Of a DNA stretch of 35,266 nt, positions 7,575 to 15,913 are shown piece after piece. Numbering within the stretch: position 1 is the stretch's first letter; each line of letters opens with the position of its first letter. The notes below the pieces were generated by a model. That model did no database searches, was not told the origin of the DNA, and saw only the letters and a program-made list of their open reading frames with translations. The translations under genes were made by a program, and so were the position numbers. The stretch is from Pseudolysinimonas sp. (GTDB lineage: Bacteria > Actinomycetota > Actinomycetes > Actinomycetales > Microbacteriaceae): NCBI GenBank assembly GCA_039932215.1, contig JBDTQN010000001.1, positions 1 to 35,266 of the forward strand. Direction: 5' to 3'.

Positions 7575-9175
7575 TGGTCCGCATCCTGCTGCAGCAGATT
7601 CGACGCGACCGCCTGACCCTCCCGATCTGGATCCTCGGCACCGTGGCGCTGCTCGCCGTGTCCGCGACGGCGGTGGCCACCGAGTTCGGCGACGCCGACG
7701 GCCGCCGGACGGTGCTGTCCCTGGCACTCGCGACGCCCGCCCTGCTCGCGCTCCGCGGCATCCCGAACGGCGATTCGCTCGGGTCGACGGTGCACTTCCA
7801 GTCGTTCGCGTTCCTCGCCGTGACCATCGGGCTGATGAACACGTTCCTCGCCACCCGGCACGGCCGGGCGGACGAGGAGAAGGGGCGGCGCGAGCTGGTG
7901 GCGGCGACCCCGGCGTTCCGTCTGTCTCCGCCCATCGCGACCCTGTTGCTCGGGCTGATCGCGAACGGGCTGTTCGTCGTCGTGGCGAAGGCGGGCTACG
8001 AGGCGGCAGGTCTGGATGCTTCGGGTGCGCTGCTGAGCGCGGTCGCCCTGGGCGTGACCGGGCTGGCATTCCTGGGCATCAGCATGCTCGCCGGAGAACT
8101 CACCGCGACCTCCCGCGGTGCGAACGGCATCGGCGTGGTCGTCGTGCTCGCGTCCTACGCGTTCCGGGCGGCGGGCGACGCTCTCGGCACGCCCGACATC
8201 GCGAAGCTGACCCTGCAGCCCGCGTGGCCGAGCTGGCTCTCGCCGATCGGCTGGGGGCAGCAGACGCTGGCGTTCACCGACGACAATTGGGCTCCCGTGG
8301 CGTGGATCGCGGTTCTCGCGGTCGTCACGGCGACCGTCGCGCTGATCGTCCACTCGCGCCGCGAACTCGGCGCGAGCCTGCTGCCGGAACGGGCGGGTCG
8401 TGCCACCGCCCGTGCCGCGCTGCGTTCCCCGTTCGCCCTCGCCTGGTGGCTGCAGTCGTCTGCACTGCTTGCCTGGACCGTCGGGTCAGCGCTCCTCGGC
8501 GTGGCGCTCGGTTCGCTCGTCACCGCCATCTCGGGATCCGACCTCGGCGACACCCCGGCTGTCGCGCAGATACTGCAGAGCCTCGGCCACACACAGGGTG
8601 ACCTGGGTCGGGCGCTCATCCCCGCTTTGATGACCATGGTCGGGGTGCTCGCCGCGGCGGCCGGGGTGCAGGCCGTTCTGCGCATGCGCGATGAGGAGTC
8701 AGACGGGCGCGCCGAGACGGTGCTCACGACGCCGCACTCCCGCGCTGTCTGGCTGCTGTCGTTCACCGCGGTCGGCGCCGCCTCGGTCGTGGTCGTGCTC
8801 TTGGCGACGGGGCTCGCGGCCGTCGCCGGGTTCGCGGCGCTCGGCGAGGCCGACGATGGGTGGCTATCGCTCGGGCAGGGGTTGGCGCAGGGTCCGGCGG
8901 CGCTGACGTTCGTGGGTCTCGCCGCGGTTCTCATGGCGCTGCTGCCGCGCGCGGCCGTTGCGCTGAGCTGGGGCATCTTCGCGGTGGGCGTCGGCATCGG
9001 CTTGTTCGGCGGTCTGCTCGGCCTCGACGACGACGTGCAAAAGATCAGCCCGTTCGCCAACGTGCCCGCGCTGCCGAGCGATGACTGGGTCCCGACGATC
9101 CTGATCGGCGCGATCGCGCTCGTGCTCGGGGCGATCGCCGCACTCCTGTTCCGTCGGAGGGACTTGGTGACATGA
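7574..9175 (+). CDS. ABC transporter permease (large ABC-2-type exporter membrane subunit)
   Basis: 533 aa, about 12 hydrophobic segments. The TGATG junction with the ATPase gene gives a 1-nt overlap of stop and start. Confidence 0.8.
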   Translation: MVRILLQQIRRDRLTLPIWILGTVALLAVSATAVATEFGDADGRRTVLSLALATPALLALRGIPNGDSLGSTVHFQSFAFLAVTIGLMNTFLATRHGRADEEKGRRELVAATPAFRLSPPIATLLLGLIANGLFVVVAKAGYEAAGLDASGALLSAVALGVTGLAFLGISMLAGELTATSRGANGIGVVVVLASYAFRAAGDALGTPDIAKLTLQPAWPSWLSPIGWGQQTLAFTDDNWAPVAWIAVLAVVTATVALIVHSRRELGASLLPERAGRATARAALRSPFALAWWLQSSALLAWTVGSALLGVALGSLVTAISGSDLGDTPAVAQILQSLGHTQGDLGRALIPALMTMVGVLAAAAGVQAVLRMRDEESDGRAETVLTTPHSRAVWLLSFTAVGAASVVVVLLATGLAAVAGFAALGEADDGWLSLGQGLAQGPAALTFVGLAAVLMALLPRAAVALSWGIFAVGVGIGLFGGLLGLDDDVQKISPFANVPALPSDDWVPTILIGAIALVLGAIAALLFRRRDLVT

Positions 9176-9618
9176 GCGACGCCGTAGCACGCGCGGGAGA
9201 CCAGCTGGCGGCCGAACTGGCCGCGAGCGGCTTCCCGCGGATGCCGGCGCGCGTCATCATGGCCCTGACGGTCAGCCCCGAGGGCAGGCTCACCGCAGCC
9301 GAGCTCGGCAAGGACCTCGACGCCAGCCCCGCGGCGATCTCGGGCGCGGTGCGCTACCTCCAGACCCTCGGGTTCGTACGCTCGTCGACGGTGCCGGGGA
9401 CGCGGAAGCATGTGTACGCCCTCCCGCTGATCCCCTGGTACGCGACGACGCTCACCCAGGACCGTTACGGGCACATCGTCGAGGTGCTCGACGCCGCGTT
9501 CGTCGAGCTCCCCGACGGCGGCGCCCGCGAACGGATCGCGGAGATGGCCGAATTCTTCCGGTTCCTGCAGCTCGAGATGCCCCAGCTCTGGGCGCGCTGG
9601 AAGGAAGCCGGTCACTAG
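9172..9618 (+). CDS. Winged-helix transcriptional regulator (MarR/GbsR-like)
   Basis: 148 aa. LTAAELGKDLDASPAAISGAVRYLQTLGFVR is a wHTH recognition region. An ATGA overlap joins it to the permease gene. Confidence 0.7.
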   Translation: MSDAVARAGDQLAAELAASGFPRMPARVIMALTVSPEGRLTAAELGKDLDASPAAISGAVRYLQTLGFVRSSTVPGTRKHVYALPLIPWYATTLTQDRYGHIVEVLDAAFVELPDGGARERIAEMAEFFRFLQLEMPQLWARWKEAGH

Positions 9619-10601
9619 CCCGCGGCAGCCGCCAGCCGATCGAACGCCGCATCGAGGTCGGTGTCGACGACCTGCCGGGCGGGGTCGGCGAGGTGCCAGT
9701 CGGTGATCTCGCGCACCCCCTCGGCGAACGGTGTCGTCGCGACCCAGCCCGGCACCAGCGACTTGATACGGGTGTTGTCGAAGATCACCGAGTGCGCCTT
9801 GTCGCCGAGCAGGCCCGCCCCGACCTCGGGCAGCTCGCGCGCGATCGCGTCGCTGGTGACGTGCACGATGTGCGGCTCGACGCCGAGGGCGCGGCCGAAG
9901 AGCCCGGCGATCGCGTTCCAGGTGAGGGACTCGTCTGAGGTGATGTGCACGGATCCGCCGAGCGCGTGCGGATTGCCGAAGAGGCCGACGAACGCGCGGG
10001 CGAAGTCGCGGGCGTGGGTGAGCGTCCACAGAGTGGTCCCGTCGCCGTGGACCACCAGCGGCCGCCCGTCGCGGATGCGGGCGAGCGCGGTCCAGCCGCC
10101 CTCGAGCGGGATGAGGGTCGGGTCGTAGGTGTGCGAAGGCCGCACGATCGTCATCGGGAATCCCGACTCGCGGTAAGCCCGCACCAGCACGTCTTCGCAC
10201 GCGATCTTGTCGCGCGAGTACTGCCAGAACGGATTGTGCACGGGGGTCGCCTCGGTGATCGGCAGGTGCGCGATCGGCTTCTGGTACGCCGACGCGGACG
10301 AGATGAAGAGGTACTGGCCGGTGCGTCCGGCGAACAGTTCCACGTCGGCGGTGACCTGACCCGGCGTGAAGGCCCGGAAGTTCGCGACGACGTCGAACTC
10401 GCGTGTCCCCACCGCATCCCGAATCGATGCGGCATCGCCCGCATCGCCGACGAGGGACTCGGCGCCCTCGATCGCCGGGCGGGTGGTGTCGGTGCCGCGG
10501 TTGAGCAGCGTCACCGTCATGCCGCGCTCGACGGCAAGCCGGCTGCACGAGGCGCTGATGACGCCGTTGCCACCGATGATCAGAACGCGCAGTGCAGACA
10601 T
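9615..10601 (-). CDS. NAD-dependent epimerase/dehydratase-family SDR
   Basis: Rossmann motif LIIGGNGVISASC. Catalytic YxxxK in YSRDK. 328 aa. Confidence 0.85.
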   Translation of the reverse strand: MSALRVLIIGGNGVISASCSRLAVERGMTVTLLNRGTDTTRPAIEGAESLVGDAGDAASIRDAVGTREFDVVANFRAFTPGQVTADVELFAGRTGQYLFISSASAYQKPIAHLPITEATPVHNPFWQYSRDKIACEDVLVRAYRESGFPMTIVRPSHTYDPTLIPLEGGWTALARIRDGRPLVVHGDGTTLWTLTHARDFARAFVGLFGNPHALGGSVHITSDESLTWNAIAGLFGRALGVEPHIVHVTSDAIARELPEVGAGLLGDKAHSVIFDNTRIKSLVPGWVATTPFAEGVREITDWHLADPARQVVDTDLDAAFDRLAAAAG

Positions 10602-10606
10602 GCTCG

Positions 10607-10612
10607 TAGGCT
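10607..10612 (+). promoter_or_regulatory. Candidate -10 hexamer TAGGCT placed 6 nt upstream of the M13 peptidase ATG (leaderless geometry)
   Basis: The sequence reads TAGGCT-TTCACC-ATG. The whole divergent spacer is only 17 bp (10602-10618). Confidence 0.4.
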
Positions 10613-10618
10613 TTCACC

Positions 10619-12592
10619 ATGGCTTCTGGCGCGCAAACATCCGGGATCGAGATCGACGAGCTCGATGAGGGGGTGCGGCCGCAAGACGACCTCTTCCGTC
10701 ACGCGAACGGAAAGTGGATCGCGCGCACCGAGATCCCGAGCGACAAGGCGCGCTACGGCTCGTTCTATGTACTGGCCGAGGAGGCCGAGCGGGCGGTGCG
10801 CGACATCATCGTCGAGGCGCAGGATGCGGCGGCCGGAACCGAGGAGGCGAAAGTCGGCGACCTCTACTCCAGCTTCATGGACGAGGAGCGCATCGAGGCC
10901 CGCGGCTGGTCGGCACTCGATCCTGACTTCGCGGCGATCGAGGCGATCACCGACATCCCCGCGTTCGTGCGCGAACTCGGCAGGCTCGAGCGGCAGGGGT
11001 CGGGCGGATTCCTCCAGGCGTTCGTCGACAACGACCCGGGCGACCCCGAGCGCTACCTGGTGTTCCTCGAGCAGGGCGGCCTCGGGTTGCCCGACGAGTC
11101 GTACTACCGCGACGAGAAGTTCGCCGACATCCGTACCGCGTACCGCGCGCACCTCGAACGCATGCTCGGGATGGCGGGGCTGGGTGAGGCGGGCGAGCGG
11201 GCGCAGCGGGTCTTCGACCTCGAGACCGAGATCGCCGGCCACCACTGGGACAACGTGAAGACCCGCGACAGCCAGGCCACCTACAACCCGCTGCACTGGG
11301 CGGAGGTCGAGGCGCTCACGGGGTCGGAGCGCAGCGGGCTGCTCGCCGGCTGGCTCGAGGCACTCGATGTGCCGGCGGGGTCGTTCGCCGAGGTCGTCGT
11401 GCGTGAGCCGAGCTTCATCGAGGGGCTGGCCGGTCTGTTCGACGAGGGTCACCTCGACGCGTGGCGCGACTGGCTGCGCTGGCAGGTCATCCGCGCGTCT
11501 GCGCCGTACCTCCACGCCGAGGTCGTCAACGCGAACTTCGACTTCTACGGCAAGACCCTCACCGGCACCCCTGAGCTGCGTGCCCGGTGGAAGCGTGGCG
11601 TCAGCGTCGTCGAGGGGAGCATGGGCGAGGCGGTCGGTCGCATCTACGTCGACCGGCATTTCAGTCCGAGCGCCAAGACGGCCATGGACGACCTCGTCGC
11701 CAACCTCGTCGCCGCCTACCGCGCCAGCATTGAGACCCTTGAGTGGATGACGCCCGCGACCCGTGAGCGCGCGCTCGACAAGCTGAGCAAGTTCACGCCG
11801 AAGATCGGATACCCGGTTCGCTGGCGCGACTACTCGGCCCTCGAGATCGTGCCCGACGACCTGCTGGCCAACGTGCGGGCGACGACCGAGTTCGAGTTCC
11901 AGCGCGAGCTCGGCAAGATCGGCAAGCCGATCGACCGTGACGAGTGGTTCATGACCCCGCAGACGATCAACGCCTACTACAACCCCGGGTTCAACGAGAT
12001 CGTGTTCCCGGCGGCGATCCTGCAGTATCCGTTCTTCGACGAGAACCGGGATGCCGCGGCCAACTATGGCGCGATCGGCGCGGTCATCGGGCACGAGATC
12101 GGGCACGGCTTCGATGATCAGGGTTCGCAGTACGACGGCGACGGCCGGCTCACCGACTGGTGGACCGCCGACGATCGGGCCGCGTTCGAGACGCGCACCG
12201 CATCCCTGATCGCCCAGTACGACGCGCTCGAGCCGGCCCAGCTGCCCGGCCACCACGTGAAGGGCGACCTGACGATCGGCGAGAACATCGGCGACCTGGG
12301 CGGGCTCGGCATCGCCTGGAAGGCGTACCTGCTGTCCTTGGACGGCGCCGAGCCGCCGGTCGTCGATGGGCTGAGCGGCGGCGAGCGGTTCTTCTTGAGC
12401 TGGGCGCAGGCCTGGCAGGTCAAACTGCGCGACGAGGAGGCCCTGCGTCTGCTCTCGATCGACCCGCATTCGCCGAACGAGTTCCGCTGCAATCAGATCG
12501 TCCGTAACATCGACGTGTTCTACTCGACGTTCGACGTCACCTCGAGCGATGAGCTCTGGCTCGACCCGGAGGACAGAGTCACCATTTGGTAG
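10619..12592 (+). CDS. M13-family zinc metallopeptidase (neprilysin/PepO/Zmp1-like)
   Basis: HExxH in VIGHEIGHGFD. GENIGDLGG motif. 657 aa. Confidence 0.9.
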   Translation: MASGAQTSGIEIDELDEGVRPQDDLFRHANGKWIARTEIPSDKARYGSFYVLAEEAERAVRDIIVEAQDAAAGTEEAKVGDLYSSFMDEERIEARGWSALDPDFAAIEAITDIPAFVRELGRLERQGSGGFLQAFVDNDPGDPERYLVFLEQGGLGLPDESYYRDEKFADIRTAYRAHLERMLGMAGLGEAGERAQRVFDLETEIAGHHWDNVKTRDSQATYNPLHWAEVEALTGSERSGLLAGWLEALDVPAGSFAEVVVREPSFIEGLAGLFDEGHLDAWRDWLRWQVIRASAPYLHAEVVNANFDFYGKTLTGTPELRARWKRGVSVVEGSMGEAVGRIYVDRHFSPSAKTAMDDLVANLVAAYRASIETLEWMTPATRERALDKLSKFTPKIGYPVRWRDYSALEIVPDDLLANVRATTEFEFQRELGKIGKPIDRDEWFMTPQTINAYYNPGFNEIVFPAAILQYPFFDENRDAAANYGAIGAVIGHEIGHGFDDQGSQYDGDGRLTDWWTADDRAAFETRTASLIAQYDALEPAQLPGHHVKGDLTIGENIGDLGGLGIAWKAYLLSLDGAEPPVVDGLSGGERFFLSWAQAWQVKLRDEEALRLLSIDPHSPNEFRCNQIVRNIDVFYSTFDVTSSDELWLDPEDRVTIW

Positions 12593-13494
12593 AGATCGCG
12601 ACCAGCAGGGAACGCAGCTCGCGCGTGCGCACGCCGCGCGTGGCCCAGCATCGCGCCCTGCGGCCGGCCGACAACTTCGCGAACAGCTTCACGGCGCTCG
12701 GCGACCTCGCATACGAGGGAGCGCAGGTGTCTGCCTCGGTCATGGATCTCGACAGCGGGCGTGTGCTCGTGGCGATCGATGAGCGCATCGTGCTGCCCAC
12801 GGCATCCATCGGCAAGATCCTGCTGCTGATCGAGGTGTCGGCGCGGCTGACCGAGCGCGACGCATCGGGGTACGGCATCCTCGACAAGACGTCGCGAGAT
12901 GCCGTCGGCGACTCGGGCGTGTGGCAGCACCTGCAGGCACCGTCCCTGCCCGTCGCCGACCTCGCGTCGCTCGTCGGTGCCACCAGCGACAACCTCGCGA
13001 CCAACGTGCTGCTGCGCCAGGTCGGACTGCAGGCGGTGCGAGCCCGCACCGAGTCGCTCGGGCTGCTGCGCACCGCGCTGCTCGATCTGGTGCGCGACTC
13101 CCGCGGTCCCGACGACGCCCCCCAGCTGTCGGTCGGCTCGACGGCCGAGCTGATGTGGCTGTTCTCGTCGCTCGCACGCGGCGAGATCGTCGACACCCTC
13201 ACGTCATCACGGGTGCTGGGCTGGTTGTCACTGAACTCCGACCTGTCGATGGTCGCGAGCGCGTTCGGCCTCGACCCCCTGTCGCACCGCGGAACCGATC
13301 ACGGCCTGCTGCTGGTCAACAAGACGGGCACGGATGCCGGCGTGCGCGCCGAGGCGGGTGTGCTGCGCGGACCCCGAGCCGGTGTCGCGTACGCGGTCTC
13401 GGTGCAGTTCAACGACAGCGGCATCGCGGCGCGGCTGCGGGTTCTCGATGCCATGCGCACCGTCGGCTTCGATCTGCTCGAGTACGTCCACTGA
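12586..13494 (+). CDS. Beta-lactamase-fold serine hydrolase (class A-related), apparently cytoplasmic
   Basis: SxxK in ASIGK, SDN in TSDNLATN, KTG in NKTGTD. No signal peptide is visible. The start is uncertain (TTG at 12586 overlaps the peptidase stop; later GTGs are possible). Confidence 0.65.
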   Translation: MVEIATSRERSSRVRTPRVAQHRALRPADNFANSFTALGDLAYEGAQVSASVMDLDSGRVLVAIDERIVLPTASIGKILLLIEVSARLTERDASGYGILDKTSRDAVGDSGVWQHLQAPSLPVADLASLVGATSDNLATNVLLRQVGLQAVRARTESLGLLRTALLDLVRDSRGPDDAPQLSVGSTAELMWLFSSLARGEIVDTLTSSRVLGWLSLNSDLSMVASAFGLDPLSHRGTDHGLLLVNKTGTDAGVRAEAGVLRGPRAGVAYAVSVQFNDSGIAARLRVLDAMRTVGFDLLEYVH

Positions 13495-13631
13495 TCTGAA
13501 CGCTTAACCCGGTGCCTTAACCCTCTCCTTCACCCCGATGGTTGTCCGGGGGTGACCCCCATACGGGTGTCGGCGCTTTGGGGGACGTGTTAGCTTCGCC
13601 ATGTCCGGTGGGCACGCACCCGAAACCGCGT

Positions 13632-13724
13632 GTCCGCACCCCCCACGGATCAGACGAAACAGGAGCTCCCCCGCCTCCCTCATACCCGCTCTTTCCCCCT
13701 GCGCGATTCATCCCCCGACTCGCG
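13632..13724 (+). ncRNA. Candidate structured RNA or 5' leader with hairpins presenting C5-C6 loops (6C-RNA-like architecture)
   Basis: Three hairpins can be drawn. GTCCG-CACCCCCCA-CGGAT lies at 13632-13650. GGAG(C)-TCCCCC-(G)cCTCC lies at 13662-13678. CGCGA-TTCATCCCCCGAC-TCGCG lies at 13702-13724. The region has no credible ORF. This is an architecture-level resemblance only, with no covariance search. Confidence 0.25.
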
Positions 13725-13843
13725 AAACCCGCCCCCCACCGGTGTATCCGGATGCGCCCGCGCGCCGCTCTGCGCGCGGTTGACGCGACCCCGCATGCCT
13801 GCACCCCCGTGCAGCCCTCCTCTCAGCAAGGAATCCCCCGAGC

Positions 13844-15736
13844 ATGTTCAAGAAAATTCTGGCCGGCGTGGTTACCGCCGTCCTCTCCCTGGGCGTGGTG
13901 GCCCTCGTGGCCGGTCCGGCCAGCGCCCACCACAACACGATCTGGCCCGAAGTCACCTGTGCCACCAACGGCACCTACAAGGTCGACTGGTCCGTCCAGA
14001 ACTCCGAGTCCGGCAAGACCGAGGTCATCACCGCGTCGAACAACACGGCGATCGTGCCCGTCGGCACGAGCTTCGGCTTCAGCGAGACCAAGCACTTCGT
14101 GCAGTCGGTCTCGACTCCTCAAGACATCACCCTCAGCCTCACCGGCTTCTGGGACGGCGACACGTCGACGAATAACGACGACGTGTACAACAACACGAGC
14201 TTCACGCTGACGAAAGACAAGTTCCCGAACGGCTGCATCAAGGTCACCCCTGAGGCGACCCCGACGCCGTCCGCCTGCGTGCCGAACGTCCCCCACAAGT
14301 TCACCGACCCCAGCTACACGCTGAAGCCGGTCACCGGCGTCACCTACACGGTCGACAACGTCGTCAAGGCGCCCGGCACCTACCCCGCGACCAACGGCTC
14401 GACCGTGCACGTGGTCGCGACCGTCAGCGATCCGAAGTACCAGATCGTCGGCACCTCGACGTGGGACTTTGCCTTCGTGGAGCCGGCCGACGACTGCGTC
14501 GTCAAGGTCGTCCCCGTCGAGCCGAAGATCAACCAGCAGGTCTGCAACGCGCCCGGCCAGCACAAGCTCGCGCAGTACTTCATTCCCGAGACCACGGGCG
14601 TGCTGTACACCGTGAAGATCAACAATGTCGAGACGCCGCGCACCACCGGTTGGTACGACGTGCCCGAGGGTGTCATCGACTTCCAGGTGATCGCTCGCGC
14701 CGACGTCGACAAGGGCTACAAGATCGACGGTGACTCGAAGGTCTACGACCTCAAGGTCATCCCCGCCGGCACCTGCCTGTACGACGTGACGCCGCTCATC
14801 CCGACGTTCACTGACGCGGTCTGCACCGGGCCCGGTTCGGTGACGCCGACCACGTTCACCCTCAGCTACGTGGCGCACGTCGTCTACGTCGTGAAGGTCA
14901 ACGGCGGTCCCGCCACCGACTACACGATCGCGCAGGACACGGTCGTGTCGGTGAACCAGGGAGACGTGGTGTCGATCGACGCCAAGGTCGATGACGCGAC
15001 GAAGTACCAGATCGCCGCGGCCGTCGTACTGCCGTTCACGCACACGTTCGGCACGCCGGGCGACTGCAAGCTGATCGTCACCCCGGTCAAGCCGGACCCG
15101 ACGCACCAGTACTGCGACGACAGCAAGGACCCGCGGGTCGTGGTCGACGGCACCATCACCATCAAGCCGGCAGACAACGTCGAGTACTACCTCGACGGCA
15201 CCCTGACGGCTCCGGGAACCTACGTGGTCGCCCCCGGTGACCACGAGGTGACGATCAAGTTCGACGAGACGAAGTTCAAGCTCGATCCGAACTCGCACAC
15301 CTTCCCGTTCAAGTTCACCATCAACCCCGGCCAGTGCCTGCCGACGCACCCGTTGCTGACGCCGGCCGCCGTGTCGACCCAGATCGGCTGCTTCACCGCC
15401 GGTTCGTACACCCTGTCGAACAACATCAACGACGCCAAGGCGGTCATCTGGACCGTCAACGGCTCGCAGGTGGCGCAGGGCAAGTACACGGTGTCGACCG
15501 CCGGCACCGTCACCATCACCGCAGCCCCGAACGCACCCGACTACGGGTTCAACCCGGGAGTGCAGACCAGCTGGACCGTCGACTTCAAGAAGCCGGCTGT
15601 CTGCGACGTCGAGACCCTCGCCCTGACCGGGCAGTCCCCCACGGGCCTGCTCATCGCGGCTGATCTGCTCGTCGTCGCCGGTCTGGCCATGTTCGCAATG
15701 CGCGCGGTCCGCCGCGGGCGCCTGCAGCAGGTCTAG
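13844..15736 (+). CDS. Secreted, sortase-anchored (LAXTG) cell-surface protein built of six Cys-bracketed repeat modules
   Basis: Signal peptide is MFKKILAGVVTAVLSLGVVALVAGPASA. The C-terminal sorting signal is LALTG (15617-15631), then a hydrophobic helix and an RRGR tail. There are twelve Cys in six pairs (39/131, 145/218, 234/311, 327/408, 424/498, 516/587). AAGGAA lies upstream of the ATG. Confidence 0.8.
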   Translation: MFKKILAGVVTAVLSLGVVALVAGPASAHHNTIWPEVTCATNGTYKVDWSVQNSESGKTEVITASNNTAIVPVGTSFGFSETKHFVQSVSTPQDITLSLTGFWDGDTSTNNDDVYNNTSFTLTKDKFPNGCIKVTPEATPTPSACVPNVPHKFTDPSYTLKPVTGVTYTVDNVVKAPGTYPATNGSTVHVVATVSDPKYQIVGTSTWDFAFVEPADDCVVKVVPVEPKINQQVCNAPGQHKLAQYFIPETTGVLYTVKINNVETPRTTGWYDVPEGVIDFQVIARADVDKGYKIDGDSKVYDLKVIPAGTCLYDVTPLIPTFTDAVCTGPGSVTPTTFTLSYVAHVVYVVKVNGGPATDYTIAQDTVVSVNQGDVVSIDAKVDDATKYQIAAAVVLPFTHTFGTPGDCKLIVTPVKPDPTHQYCDDSKDPRVVVDGTITIKPADNVEYYLDGTLTAPGTYVVAPGDHEVTIKFDETKFKLDPNSHTFPFKFTINPGQCLPTHPLLTPAAVSTQIGCFTAGSYTLSNNINDAKAVIWTVNGSQVAQGKYTVSTAGTVTITAAPNAPDYGFNPGVQTSWTVDFKKPAVCDVETLALTGQSPTGLLIAADLLVVAGLAMFAMRAVRRGRLQQV

Positions 15737-15750
15737 CCGCTGAGAGCGGC

Positions 15751-15791
15751 GGCGCCGCGCCTCGTGGGCTGAGACACAGGGGCGCGGCGCC
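15751..15791 (+). terminator. Intrinsic-terminator-like hairpin after the surface-protein gene
   Basis: Perfect 11-bp arms GGCGCCGCGCC (15751-15761) and GGCGCGGCGCC (15781-15791), followed by GTCTTCTC. Confidence 0.55.
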
Positions 15792-15885
15792 GTCTTCTCG
15801 ATCGCTGATCGAGGAGCGGCGCTGGCGGCGGGTGCCGTGGCGGGCTGAGCGTCGGGACGACGCCGGTGGCGAGCTGAGAGCGCCG

Positions 15886-15913
15886 CCGTCGTGTCAGGCC
15901 CGTCGTGTCAGGC
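15886..15913. repeat. Perfect tandem duplication of 14 bp (CGTCGTGTCAGGCC x2) spanning the hemA stop codon
   Basis: Copies lie at 15886-15899 and 15900-15913. The hemA stop (TCA on the + strand, 15908-15910) lies in the second copy. Its twin is at 15894-15896. Confidence 0.9.

Noticed and set aside
12586-13494. A beta-lactam resistance determinant
   Set aside because: The SxxK/SDN/KTG motifs indicate a class A beta-lactamase fold. However, there is no signal peptide and no mobile context. Calling it a functional secreted beta-lactamase is not supported.
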